IMG/VR virus record: IMGVR_UViG_3300044959_000200
Location: 1-64,000 of that record
DNA length: 64,000 bases
From: an uncultured virus (IMG/VR IMGVR_UViG_3300044959_000200)
Taxonomy: Duplodnaviria > Heunggongvirae > Uroviricota > Caudoviricetes
Strand: one strand, 5' to 3'
Below, one piece after another: positions 1-8,255 of this stretch; position 1 is the first letter of the stretch; every line of letters begins with the position of its first letter. The position numbers were made by a program, and so were the translations under genes. The notes beneath the pieces were generated by a model. The model saw only the letters and a program-made list of their open reading frames with translations. It made no database searches and had not been told where the DNA came from.

Positions 1-4
1 CACC

Positions 5-39
5 AAAAAACACGACCAGGTTGGCCCTGGTCGTTTTTA
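5..39. terminator. Intrinsic terminator hairpin
   Basis: ACGACCAGG (12-20) / CCTGGTCGT (26-34) stem flanked by A and T runs, just past the stop of 42..368(-). Confidence 0.7.
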
Positions 40-41
40 TC

Positions 42-368
42 TTATCGCAGCAGGCCTCGCAGGCCTGCCACGAGCGCCGCCGCGCCAGCGGCGATTGCTG
101 CGCCACCAAGAAGCTTTTCAAATTTACGTTTCGTCCTGACAGCTGCGATATTTTTTCGCAGCCATCTGTCTACCATCAGAAGACTTACATTTCTAATACT
201 TACATTTTTGTCTGTAACAATACGTGCGCTCCATTTATTGGTAGATGGATCATACGTAACATACGCGTCGTAGTCACGCGTGAAACGCACAAACGTTACA
301 GGTTTGGTTTCAAAAAGGATAAAGCGCCGACCAGCCAATTCAATTTGCATCTGCTTCTGCTTCTTCAT
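42..368 (-). CDS. Hypothetical protein with C-terminal hydrophobic Ala/Gly helix
   Basis: 108 aa ORF, strong AAGGAGG RBS, terminator downstream. Confidence 0.8.
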   Translation of the reverse strand: MKKQKQMQIELAGRRFILFETKPVTFVRFTRDYDAYVTYDPSTNKWSARIVTDKNVSIRNVSLLMVDRWLRKNIAAVRTKRKFEKLLGGAAIAAGAAALVAGLRGLLR

Positions 369-543
369 TGTTTCCTCCTTGTAGCGGGGGTTATTCCGCT
401 ACATATTCTTTTACCCCTCCCCAAGGGGGATTTTATAAAACACCCCCCTCTAAACCCCTCTAGAATACCCCTCCAAAACCCCTCCCTTTAGAAGATTAGA
501 AACCAAAAGAAAGCACCTAGGTTTTGTACCCTAGGGCTCTCTT

Positions 544-825
544 TTATGAGAGCGAAAAGAGCTGTCGAAGCTCCTCCCGCTCTCTGCCATATCGTTTGAG
601 CGCCGCTAGTGCAGCGCCAACGTCTCGCGCATATATACGTATCGGAAATAACCCCCCTTCAACCTCGATCGTAATAGGTGTCTCACGATCGAGAAGATCA
701 ATATACGCTTCACAACGTAGGCGTCCAGAGCGCACAACAAGCACATCGTCACGGCGAACAAGACGCTTACGTGACACAGACCTAAGCGCCGCTCCAAGAG
801 CGACAAAACGTGGGTCTATTTTCAT
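544..825 (-). CDS. Hypothetical protein
   Basis: 93 aa ORF, ATGA overlap with upstream gene, GGTGG RBS-like. Confidence 0.7.
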   Translation of the reverse strand: MKIDPRFVALGAALRSVSRKRLVRRDDVLVVRSGRLRCEAYIDLLDRETPITIEVEGGLFPIRIYARDVGAALAALKRYGREREELRQLFSLS

Positions 826-1154
826 ATTGCCACCACCTGGTTTAAAGTGGCATGAAGGGCGCGCACATTGCGCGCCACGTCGATATTTCTATCTATCTTC
901 ACTGCAAAACCCCCGGCTTGCACAGCCAAGTAAAGCAACGCAAGCCGTGTAGAAGACTTTGAGTCGTACAAAGCATGCGCAACGTGCGCATCGTAAGCAG
1001 CGCGCACGTTGCGAACGATTTCATCGAGGCTAACAGCTTCTGCTCTAAAGGAGCGTTGTAGCTCCTGCTCCAACGCAGTAATCAATTTGTAATACCGCGC
1101 TAGAGCTCGAATTCGACCCGTCGATCGCATAAAAAACCTCCTTTTGGAGCCCAC
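822..1154 (-). CDS. Hypothetical protein (start probably ATG at 1130)
   Basis: AAGGAGG RBS precedes the internal ATG; coupled to 544..825. Confidence 0.7.
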   Translation of the reverse strand: MGSKRRFFMRSTGRIRALARYYKLITALEQELQRSFRAEAVSLDEIVRNVRAAYDAHVAHALYDSKSSTRLALLYLAVQAGGFAVKIDRNIDVARNVRALHATLNQVVAI

Positions 1155-1260
1155 AGCACGCGGCTCCGCAAACTTGTACCAGTTTCCCCAAGCAATTTAT
1201 GAAAATACGCTGGACTTAAAAACAACCCATACCTTGTCGCTCACAATGCACTCTTAGCAG

Positions 1261-1522
1261 GGTCTCAAACGCCGACGAGCTTGCCGTTGCACAGCGCGCA
1301 CAGCGCGCGCAACGTTCGCAACGTGCGCAACGTGCGCAACGCATACCTGTAAGGTCGCAAACGCCGACGGGCTTGCCGTTGCGCAGCGCGCTCAACGCGC
1401 GCCATTCCCCATTGAGAGCACGACAAAGAGTAAGAAGGGAGTCTCAAACGCCGACGGGCTTTACGCCGTACGACGTGCGCAGCGTGCGTCAAGGTCTCAA
1501 ACGCCGACGGGCTTGACGTTGC
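1261..1522 (+). repeat. Left array: 4 copies of about 30 bp GGTCTCAAACGCCGACGGGCTTG(C/A)CGTTGC
   Basis: Copies start at about 1261, 1353, 1440 and 1493, separated by GCGC-rich linkers. Confidence 0.9.
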
Positions 1523-1570
1523 GCAAAGCGCGCACTTTGCGCGCGTTGTAGGCTAAACAGAGAGTGATGT

Positions 1571-1733
1571 CCACAATGTCAGTTAGTGTGTGTTGTGTAC
1601 TAAGCAGGGAGGACTAACCACAATGTCAGTTAGTGTATGTTGTGTACTAAACAGGGAGCGCTAACCACAATGTCAATTAGTGTATGTTGTGTACTAAACA
1701 GGGAGCGCTAACCACAATGTCAGTTAGTGTATG
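1571..1733 (+). repeat. 47-bp tandem repeat, 3.5 copies
   Basis: CCACAATGTCAGTTAGTGTATGTTGTGTACTAAACAGGGAGCGCTAA units start at 1571, 1618, 1665 and 1712 (partial). Confidence 0.95.
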
Positions 1734-2023
1734 ATATTGTCTACTTTGTTCTAATTGTAATCTTATGTCTTGACAAAACAGATATAACCTCCTATTCACA
1801 CACTGTAACTTATCTTTCTTACCATATCGTACAATTTCTACATATGTGCATAAACAATACCCTAACACACATTATCCGTACATTTCACACTGTGTAGGAC
1901 AATAACTTATTGTAATCTAAATCGATTACATTACGCACATCGTACTACACAGACATCGCTGCTTTATGGCGCACAACTGCACAAAAATTCCAGCAAATTG
2001 GCACAGATTGACACATTTTTTCT

Positions 2024-2431
2024 TTATAATTCGAAAGTGGTTATTTGCCACTAATCGAAAATAAAAATAGACCAGATGTGTATGTGCGTGCGCGTACGCA
2101 TGCGCGTACGCGTGCGCGCGCGCGAGCGCGAGCGCCCCCCCAAAGTCATGGCGGAATACGCCTAACATGTTGAAATCACACGGAAATTTGGCAGGAATAT
2201 TTTTTGCAATCGCGTTCAATCTCTCCCTCTCTCTTTTCCCCACCAAAAACTATATATACGTCACTCGCGAGAAATGTAGGTAAATGTATGACAAACACAT
2301 ACATGCATACTCATGCGGGCGCGTGCACACACCCGTCGCGCACGCGCGTGCGCGCACGCGCACACCCGCATGTGTATGCCTGACCTATTTTTATTTTCGA
2401 TTAGTCGAAAATAACCACTTTCGATTTATAA
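2024..2431. repeat. 47-bp inverted repeat pair (2024-2070 / 2385-2431) enclosing alternating purine-pyrimidine tracts
   Basis: 44/47 identity between the left arm and the reverse complement of the right arm. Confidence 0.95.
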
Positions 2432-2455
2432 TGAACGGCGCACGAGGTGCTCACG

Positions 2456-2851
2456 ATGCTGATCAAAGACCGCGCAATCCCCTTCTCGCTCTCGATCCCG
2501 TACACCAAGCTGGTGCGCCTGGAGCGCGTGCTAAAGCTCGCCGCGCACCAAGGGCGCCTCACAAGCGACCCGAATCGGCCTAACAAGCTCGCAGCCGAAG
2601 CGTTGATGGTGCTGTGCGCTCAGTGGGAGGCTGAGTTCCGCGCCCAAGGCTTGCTCCCCCATGAAGACCCAATCGCGCCTGGAATGGCTTCCGCAAGCGA
2701 GCAGATCGACGCCGCGCGCCTTGCTACCGACCCAGACGCACGCGCACGCGCTCGCGCTGCCCAGGGTTTCGGCCTTCCTCCCAGCAGCCCTGACACCCAA
2801 CCCAATGTCTTCTCAGAACCACCGGGGATCGACTGGGACACGTTACGTTGA
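2456..2851 (+). CDS. Putative ribbon-helix-helix-like DNA-binding protein with Pro-rich tail
   Basis: GAGG RBS before ATG 2456, TATAAT at 2427-2432. Alternating strand FSLSIP, then amphipathic helices TKLVRLERVLKLAA and NKLAAEALMVLCAQW. Fold inferred by eye. Confidence 0.55.
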   Translation: MLIKDRAIPFSLSIPYTKLVRLERVLKLAAHQGRLTSDPNRPNKLAAEALMVLCAQWEAEFRAQGLLPHEDPIAPGMASASEQIDAARLATDPDARARARAAQGFGLPPSSPDTQPNVFSEPPGIDWDTLR

Positions 2852-3021
2852 AACCCTGGCGCCAACGAACGGGAAGGGCCCTTCCGGGCTTTTTATACCC
2901 CCTCAAGCTAGGGGGGTAGCCAGCTGGGCCTTGAGCCGCTTGTAACGCCTGCTAGAGGCCTTCATTTGCCAATCCCTCTTCCGGAGTTCGACAGCGGGCT
3001 CGCCAAAAAATCGTCTAACCC

Positions 3022-3410
3022 CCTCTTGACTTTTACACTGTTTTGTGATTGGCCCGCGCCACTAAACAAAATCCTCTTGACTTTTACGCCGTTTTGTGTC
3101 TAGCGCGCGTCGCTTAGCAAAGCCCAGCGGCGTTTGAGCGCCCTTCCTCGCATTCGCGCGCGTCGCTTAGCAAAGCCCAGCGGCGTTTGAGCGCCCCTCC
3201 TTGTGTGCGCACGCTGCTTAGCCAAGCCCAGCGGCGTTTGAGCGGCCTTTTCGTGTGCGCGTTGCTTAGCAAAGCCCCGCGGCGTTTGAGCGCCTTATGA
3301 GCGCCTTATGAGCGTTGCTTAGCAAAGCCCCGCGGCGTTTGAGCGCCTTATGAGCGCCTTATGAGCGCCTTATGAGCGCCTTATGAGCGCGCTACTTAGC
3401 AAAACCTCGC
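3022..3410 (-). repeat. Right array: 5 copies (+1 degenerate) of GCTTAGCAAAGCCC(A/C)GCGGCGTTTGAGCGCC, two CCTCTTGACTTTTAC units and 11-bp TGAGCGCCTTA micro-repeats
   Basis: Copies at 3112, 3165, 3216, 3264, 3317 (about 50 bp period); CCTCTTGACTTTTAC at 3022 and 3073. Confidence 0.9.
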
Positions 3411-3454
3411 GATGTTTCGCCCCCTATGCCGAGCGCATCAAATTTTTCGGGGTC

Positions 3455-3483
3455 TTGCATCCCCTTGTTGCGATCGGCATAAT
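3455..3483 (+). promoter_or_regulatory. Sigma70-like promoter
   Basis: TTGCAT-N17-CATAAT, 12 nt upstream of ATG 3496. Confidence 0.55.
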
Positions 3484-3495
3484 ATTTTAGTTGTT

Positions 3496-3921
3496 ATGTT
3501 TCATTATCGAACAAAACATGCGGGTATTTCTGTGGACCTTGCAAGCAGACTTCGGCCGTCCTTGACCAAGCGCGCATTTCTTAGCGGTGTTCTGCGCCGT
3601 TTTGGAGATCTTGCTCACAAAAATCCTGCGCGTGCGCTTACGTACACGCACGCAATTGATCAAGGTCTACGTGGTGCGCTTTATGGAGGTTTGATTGGCG
3701 GTGCGGGCGGTATGTTGCTCGCGCACCCTGGAGAGGAAGAAAATATGGCGCTTCGCGGCGCGCTTCTTGGCGCTCTTAGCGGTGGAGTGTACGGCGGGTT
3801 TACTGGGCGACAGGATGCTAAAAAGCTCCTTTCTACACGCGAGGGAATCAATGCCTTGGCTGGGCGCCTCTCGGCTCTGCACTCAGCGGGTAGACCTCTC
3901 TCGTATGCCTTTACGTCGTAA
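3496..3921 (+). CDS. Glycine-zipper protein, possible virion/membrane protein
   Basis: Two GxxxG-rich segments (GALYGGLIGGAGG; GALLGALSGGVYGG); promoter upstream, terminator downstream. Confidence 0.65.
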   Translation: MFHYRTKHAGISVDLASRLRPSLTKRAFLSGVLRRFGDLAHKNPARALTYTHAIDQGLRGALYGGLIGGAGGMLLAHPGEEENMALRGALLGALSGGVYGGFTGRQDAKKLLSTREGINALAGRLSALHSAGRPLSYAFTS

Positions 3922-3941
3922 TTGTTTTTTTCTTACGGCCA

Positions 3942-3985
3942 AAATAAAGCACCACAAGGCTTTGAAGCCCTGTGGTGCTTTATTT
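3942..3985. terminator. Bidirectional terminator
   Basis: AAATAAAGCACCACA / TGTGGTGCTTTATTT stem between convergent genes. Confidence 0.8.
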
Positions 3986-3989
3986 CGTG

Positions 3990-4289
3990 TTAGGTTTGTG
4001 AAAATATGATTTGATTGAGGCGCTCTATATCGCCATCGGCGATAGCGTCGATAACGTCATCTGCGTGTTCGACACGGCAGTTGAGATCTCCCACCCCGGG
4101 CTCAACGTTTCCATTGCGAGTCACGTATAGATCGATGGTGACGTATCCATCTTTGGGTGGGCAGTAAGCGAACAGAGCGCCTACGTTGTCTTTGTCTGGC
4201 AGTACTTCGCGTACGCGGATGTAGTCTTGGCGTAACGCGCAGTTGAAGTTGTATTTGCGGCAAGCGTCGTCAAAGGTGAGTTCATTCAT
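3990..4289 (-). CDS. Hypothetical protein
   Basis: 99 aa ORF at the end of a packed operon. Confidence 0.8.
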   Translation of the reverse strand: MNELTFDDACRKYNFNCALRQDYIRVREVLPDKDNVGALFAYCPPKDGYVTIDLYVTRNGNVEPGVGDLNCRVEHADDVIDAIADGDIERLNQIIFSQT

Positions 4290-4310
4290 GGTTATTTTTC
4301 TTGGTGTTCA

Positions 4311-4904
4311 TTATTGTTCTTCATCGTCATCTGGTTTTTCTGCGGGGATTTCGTGTCCGCAGTTACCGCAGCGATCGCCGTAATGGCGATCAGGCTCCCA
4401 GACAATGCTCTCGCAGTGCTCACAGCGAGTGTGGTCGATCGCGAGCAGAGTTTTGCGTTCTTGCTCTAAGTACGCGTCGAATTCACCGGGTTCTATGAAA
4501 GTTTCGGCGAACTTTATGTACGCTTCAGTTGTTTTTGGGCATTCAGTTGCCCCCCTTAAGACGTGCGCGGCCCAAGAGAACAAACCGTGTTTGTAGGCTA
4601 CGTCAATATCACATGTATTGTTTTCGCAGCCGTAGGTGTGTTCTTTGTATAACGCTTGTTCCAATTTGTTACAAAGTATGTTCCGATGCTCTTTAGCGCA
4701 CGTGCGCAATGTATTCTTCCACGCTATGACATAATCAGCCTCTACGCCGATTTCGATAGCGGTTGTTATGAGGTTGCGTGCACGAGTCGAGGCATGCAGG
4801 TATGCATCGACAAGGTGATTTGTATAGTCTTTGTCTAGGGGTTTTGTGAGCCACTCAATAAATGCTTCGTACAATTCGACGTCGAGATTGTTTTTGTTCT
4901 TCAT
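4311..4904 (-). CDS. Hypothetical protein with C-terminal CxxC-CxxC zinc ribbon
   Basis: AAGGAG RBS; CEHC...CGNC. Confidence 0.8.
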   Translation of the reverse strand: MKNKNNLDVELYEAFIEWLTKPLDKDYTNHLVDAYLHASTRARNLITTAIEIGVEADYVIAWKNTLRTCAKEHRNILCNKLEQALYKEHTYGCENNTCDIDVAYKHGLFSWAAHVLRGATECPKTTEAYIKFAETFIEPGEFDAYLEQERKTLLAIDHTRCEHCESIVWEPDRHYGDRCGNCGHEIPAEKPDDDEEQ

Positions 4905-4927
4905 GCGTGTTCTCCTTGTTATTTGTG

Positions 4928-5599
4928 TTATTTGACAGACTCTCGAACGAATTTTTCCAGCGGCACGCCAGCTCGGTTGAAGGCGTCAACTACGCGTGGG
5001 TCGTTGTTGTAGTCAGCGTCGTAGATGATCTTGGCGACGCGCACTGACAACAACGCTTTGGCGCAATTCCAACAGGGAAAAGTGTTGACGTACACTACGG
5101 TATCTACTAAGGACGCACCGTACTGTGCGGCTTGGTAGATGCCATTTTGTTCGGCGTGCACAGTGCGCACGCAGTTTTCGCGGCCGTCAGTGATTACGAT
5201 GTCGTGACCTACTTCATCGCAGTGCGGGAGTCCTGGAGGGGATCCGTTGTATCCTGTGGCGATGATTCGGTTATCTTTCACGAACACTGCGCCAACGCGT
5301 TTGCGGTCGCACGTTGCGCGTCGTGCGATTAGGTGCGTTATATCTATGAAATACTCGGTCCATTCAAGTCGGGTTAGTGCCGATACCAGTTCAAAGAGAG
5401 GCACTCCAGAAGGGTGCATCCCTTCGAATTCGGTTCGTGGTCGAACCCAGACTTTGGATCCGTGTACTTCTCGGTAGACGACGACTTCTTGTGGAGGGTT
5501 GGAGCTATCGTGAGCAATTTGTTCGACGACGAACTCACCGCCTTTGCAATGACGGTAAACATGTTGAACTTTCGCGATAGTGCTCATAACACGCACCAT
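4928..5599 (-). CDS. dCMP deaminase with N-terminal DUF1653-like domain
   Basis: HAEQN and PCWNC zinc motifs, ATGYNG; N-terminus YRHCKG...VVVYR...WVRP..EF. Confidence 0.9.
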   Translation of the reverse strand: MVRVMSTIAKVQHVYRHCKGGEFVVEQIAHDSSNPPQEVVVYREVHGSKVWVRPRTEFEGMHPSGVPLFELVSALTRLEWTEYFIDITHLIARRATCDRKRVGAVFVKDNRIIATGYNGSPPGLPHCDEVGHDIVITDGRENCVRTVHAEQNGIYQAAQYGASLVDTVVYVNTFPCWNCAKALLSVRVAKIIYDADYNNDPRVVDAFNRAGVPLEKFVRESVK

Positions 5600-6010
5600 C
5601 TATTTGACGATGAAGATGATCTCGGCGTTACCCCAATTATTTGTTTTGAGTTGGATGTTCTTCAGTTGTTTGTGTTTGTTCATGAAAACATGAACGATTG
5701 TGTCTTTGCCGAGCGGTGATTTCTCACTGAGCTCGATAAGTTTGTTGATGACATCCTGTACTTTGAGGGCTGGTGCATGTTGCCAGTAAATTTGTTCTAG
5801 TGCATTTTTGTCGTTGTTTTTCAGTGCTTCTATCTCGCCTGGATAAAATTCAGTTAGCGGTTCCTTTACGGCGTTTTCGCCGAAGTTGTGTTTGATGCGT
5901 AGTTTTGTTGGTGAAAGTCGAGTGCATGCGTGCCACATTGCTTCGCCATCTTCGAGGCTGTGTGGGTGGTTGCAGTATTCTGGGATGTAAAAAGACGTTT
6001 TGGTGTTCAT
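5600..6010 (-). CDS. Hypothetical protein
   Basis: AAGGAGG RBS before ATG at 6010 (shorter than the ORF-track call). Confidence 0.75.
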   Translation of the reverse strand: MNTKTSFYIPEYCNHPHSLEDGEAMWHACTRLSPTKLRIKHNFGENAVKEPLTEFYPGEIEALKNNDKNALEQIYWQHAPALKVQDVINKLIELSEKSPLGKDTIVHVFMNKHKQLKNIQLKTNNWGNAEIIFIVK

Positions 6011-6030
6011 TGTTGCCTCCTTGTGATTAC

Positions 6031-6474
6031 CTAAAAGGTGTAGATTGTTGCTTCCCAATGTTCTCGGGGCAACGAGGGGTCGTCGGCTAGTTGTCGCGCG
6101 AGGGCAACGAACTGGCGGGGCAGTGTGTAATCGCGCTGTGTGTGCTCGTAGCGTACTGGCGATGTTTCGCTGCGCGGGTCGCGGACAGCGCAATGAAAGC
6201 CAGTTAAGCTAACGGTAAATTCAACACGCACGATTACTGTTGTCCTGCCAGTTTGCCGAGTCGCTGCGACTTCTTGCCTCCATGAGACGGTTGAGAGGTC
6301 TTGTCCGGAGCCGGGACCGACGCGAGATACGACTCGGGGATCGGGTAAGTTGCTTGCAAGGAGCAATTCAGTTAGAGCTACACTGTAGCGATCTAAAGCG
6401 TGCTCCATGCGGGCATAGCGTTCTTGTAGTATTGCCCGGTACTGCTTGATTAGCTCAGCTGGGGACATGTTCAT
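6031..6474 (-). CDS. Hypothetical protein
   Basis: 147 aa ORF, first gene of a packed run. Confidence 0.7.
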   Translation of the reverse strand: MNMSPAELIKQYRAILQERYARMEHALDRYSVALTELLLASNLPDPRVVSRVGPGSGQDLSTVSWRQEVAATRQTGRTTVIVRVEFTVSLTGFHCAVRDPRSETSPVRYEHTQRDYTLPRQFVALARQLADDPSLPREHWEATIYTF

Positions 6475-6492
6475 TTGTTTGTTGTGGATCTG

Positions 6493-6543
6493 AAAAGAAA
6501 AAGCCCGTTGTCTTCAGTTCCTGACGCCGAAGACAACGGGCTT
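6493..6543 (-). terminator. Intrinsic terminator
   Basis: 15-bp stem AAGCCCGTTGTCTTC / GAAGACAACGGGCTT followed by TTTTCTTTT on the minus strand. Confidence 0.8.
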
Positions 6544-6722
6544 GTGGGGGTGAAGGGCTCCCGTACCGTTTACGGTATCTCAACAAGTTTTCTTGTCAAG
6601 GGAACATGTACTCGTGTGGTCTTGTGCAAGCTCCGTTTGTTGTGGGTCTTGACGGCGTTGAAGCCACATGGACCCACAACCTAATCTTGTACCTTGTTAT
6701 CTGAATAATTTAGAATTTTTCC

Positions 6723-7046
6723 ATGCGATATACGGGAGAGTCTATTGAGCGTGCAATCCGACTTGCACTTATTGAACATCGGTGCGCACCTTCGGCGTCA
6801 ACTGCAACAAAGCTAGCGAAGCTGCGCGCGTTGCGCGCTCTTTATGAGACGAGCGTGTATGCGAACATTGCGCTCCCTGGGTTAGGTACAGCACAACGCT
6901 CGTTACGTGAGGCAACTGAGTGTTATCGAATACTGCGAAAGCTGCCGCCGGATGTACAGAGATCGGAGAGACGTGCGCTCAAGCGTGCGATCGCAGAGGC
7001 ACGTAAAGTGCCTATGGAGTTGCCTGAAGTAGATTTTACGGTGTAA
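6723..7046 (+). CDS. Hypothetical basic helical protein
   Basis: 107 aa ORF; TAGAAT 6 nt before the ATG. Confidence 0.65.
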   Translation: MRYTGESIERAIRLALIEHRCAPSASTATKLAKLRALRALYETSVYANIALPGLGTAQRSLREATECYRILRKLPPDVQRSERRALKRAIAEARKVPMELPEVDFTV

Positions 7047-7536
7047 ATGAATTGCCTTCATTCGTTTCGTTAAACGCCGCTGCGCGGCGCATGATTGCGG
7101 TCTGAAGGCGTTGTATAGTGCGCAGGTAATTTGCGGCTCGAATGCGCACAAGGGTGTTAGTAGTTTGGCGGCGTGGATTACATAGGCCCACGCGAAAACG
7201 CATGATTGCCCCATCGATGTTGCCGCACACTGCAAGGCTACGGTGCAGTGCGCCGGCTGCATGTAGATGAGTGCCGGCAGTATGTCGGCGATTACGAGAG
7301 ATCGGTGCACCCCAATTGCCCCCCTCTCCCTTATCGCAACCTAAGTGCGTTTCGGCAAAGGCGACAGCAGCTAGTACCTCGCGAGGTACGTCTGGATAGC
7401 GAGCAAAGGCCTCATCGAGCTGCGCTTCAATATGTGCACGGTTTTGTTCTATGCACGCTCGATTATTGCCAGACATATATGGAAAAAGATCGAGGATGAT
7501 GGAGATAATCAGAGCTGAAGTCAAAGTTGAAGACAT
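7036..7536 (-). CDS. Lytic transglycosylase/lysozyme-like protein with hydrophobic N-terminus
   Basis: VPREVLAAVAFAETHLG resembles the SLT catalytic-Glu helix; start uncertain. Confidence 0.5.
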   Translation of the reverse strand: MSSTLTSALIISIILDLFPYMSGNNRACIEQNRAHIEAQLDEAFARYPDVPREVLAAVAFAETHLGCDKGEGGNWGAPISRNRRHTAGTHLHAAGALHRSLAVCGNIDGAIMRFRVGLCNPRRQTTNTLVRIRAANYLRTIQRLQTAIMRRAAAFNETNEGNSFTP

Positions 7537-7576
7537 GGACGTGAGGCGTAGCGCAACGTAACAATCCTGACAACAC

Positions 7577-7825
7577 TTAAGTTTGTGTTTGCCTGTTGTC
7601 ATATCGTTGCATTGCTCGCTGTAGATCCATGCCAATAGCTTGAATATCTGAGTGAAGTGCTTTCACAACCTGATCAAACCATGAATGCGAAATGGTTTCG
7701 GAAGTTTCATCATTTTCTTGCAACGCTAAACAGTAAGCATCGTGTACTAGTTGATCAGTACCTAAAACAAAACATTCATAGCACCAGCGAAGAAGAGGAT
7801 GATTAGTAGTTGTGTGTCTCGACAT
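7577..7825 (-). CDS. Hypothetical protein
   Basis: ORF from ATG 7825. Confidence 0.55.
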   Translation of the reverse strand: MSRHTTTNHPLLRWCYECFVLGTDQLVHDAYCLALQENDETSETISHSWFDQVVKALHSDIQAIGMDLQRAMQRYDNRQTQT

Positions 7826-7867
7826 GTTTACTTTGTATGAGTAATGTGTTCGTAAGGAGACCGGCAC

Positions 7868-8173
7868 ATGAAGAAGTTGAGTACGGGCACTTGCACCACA
7901 GTGGAGTACGTGATTGTTGACTCAAATGGTGTTCGTATTCCGAATCTTACGCCATTTACGGATATTGTTGCTGCTTTGAAGAAGGCGCGCGCTCTAGGGA
8001 CATGCAATACTGTCATGAAGGTAGCTGGCACAACGCAGATACCTATGGCACATCAAGGTCCTGGGGGTTGGTGCCCGAAAGTAAAAATTAAAGAACATAG
8101 GGGAGATCCTTGTAGTCGAGCAGCGCGTGCGCGATCACGGTTACGCCGTCGACGTCGGCGTTGGATTTGTTGA
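7868..8173 (+). CDS. Hypothetical protein with Arg-rich C-terminus
   Basis: TAAGGAG RBS; terminator downstream. Confidence 0.7.
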   Translation: MKKLSTGTCTTVEYVIVDSNGVRIPNLTPFTDIVAALKKARALGTCNTVMKVAGTTQIPMAHQGPGGWCPKVKIKEHRGDPCSRAARARSRLRRRRRRWIC

Positions 8174-8195
8174 TGTTTTGCACTATGTGATAGCT

Positions 8196-8250
8196 AAAAA
8201 AACCTAAACTCTATGGACACATAGGCCCATAGAGTTTAGGTTTCGTGTTT
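8196..8250. terminator. Bidirectional terminator
   Basis: 17-bp stem 8200-8216 / 8227-8243 between convergent genes. Confidence 0.8.
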
Positions 8251-8255
8251 ATTTT

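Noticed and set aside
2009..2030. TTGACA...TATAAT promoter on the plus strand
   Set aside because: The spacer is only about 11 nt, incompatible with sigma70 geometry.
1265..2586. ORFs 1265..1492, 1677..1868, 1926..2246, 2284..2583 and 2401..2586
   Set aside because: Low-complexity translations of DNA repeats without an RBS; the shared peptide simply reflects the inverted repeat.
3112..3410. Right repeat array as a CRISPR mini-array
   Set aside because: Intervening segments are only about 17-22 nt, resemble each other or the repeat tail, the repeat lacks CRISPR-like ends, and no cas genes are present.
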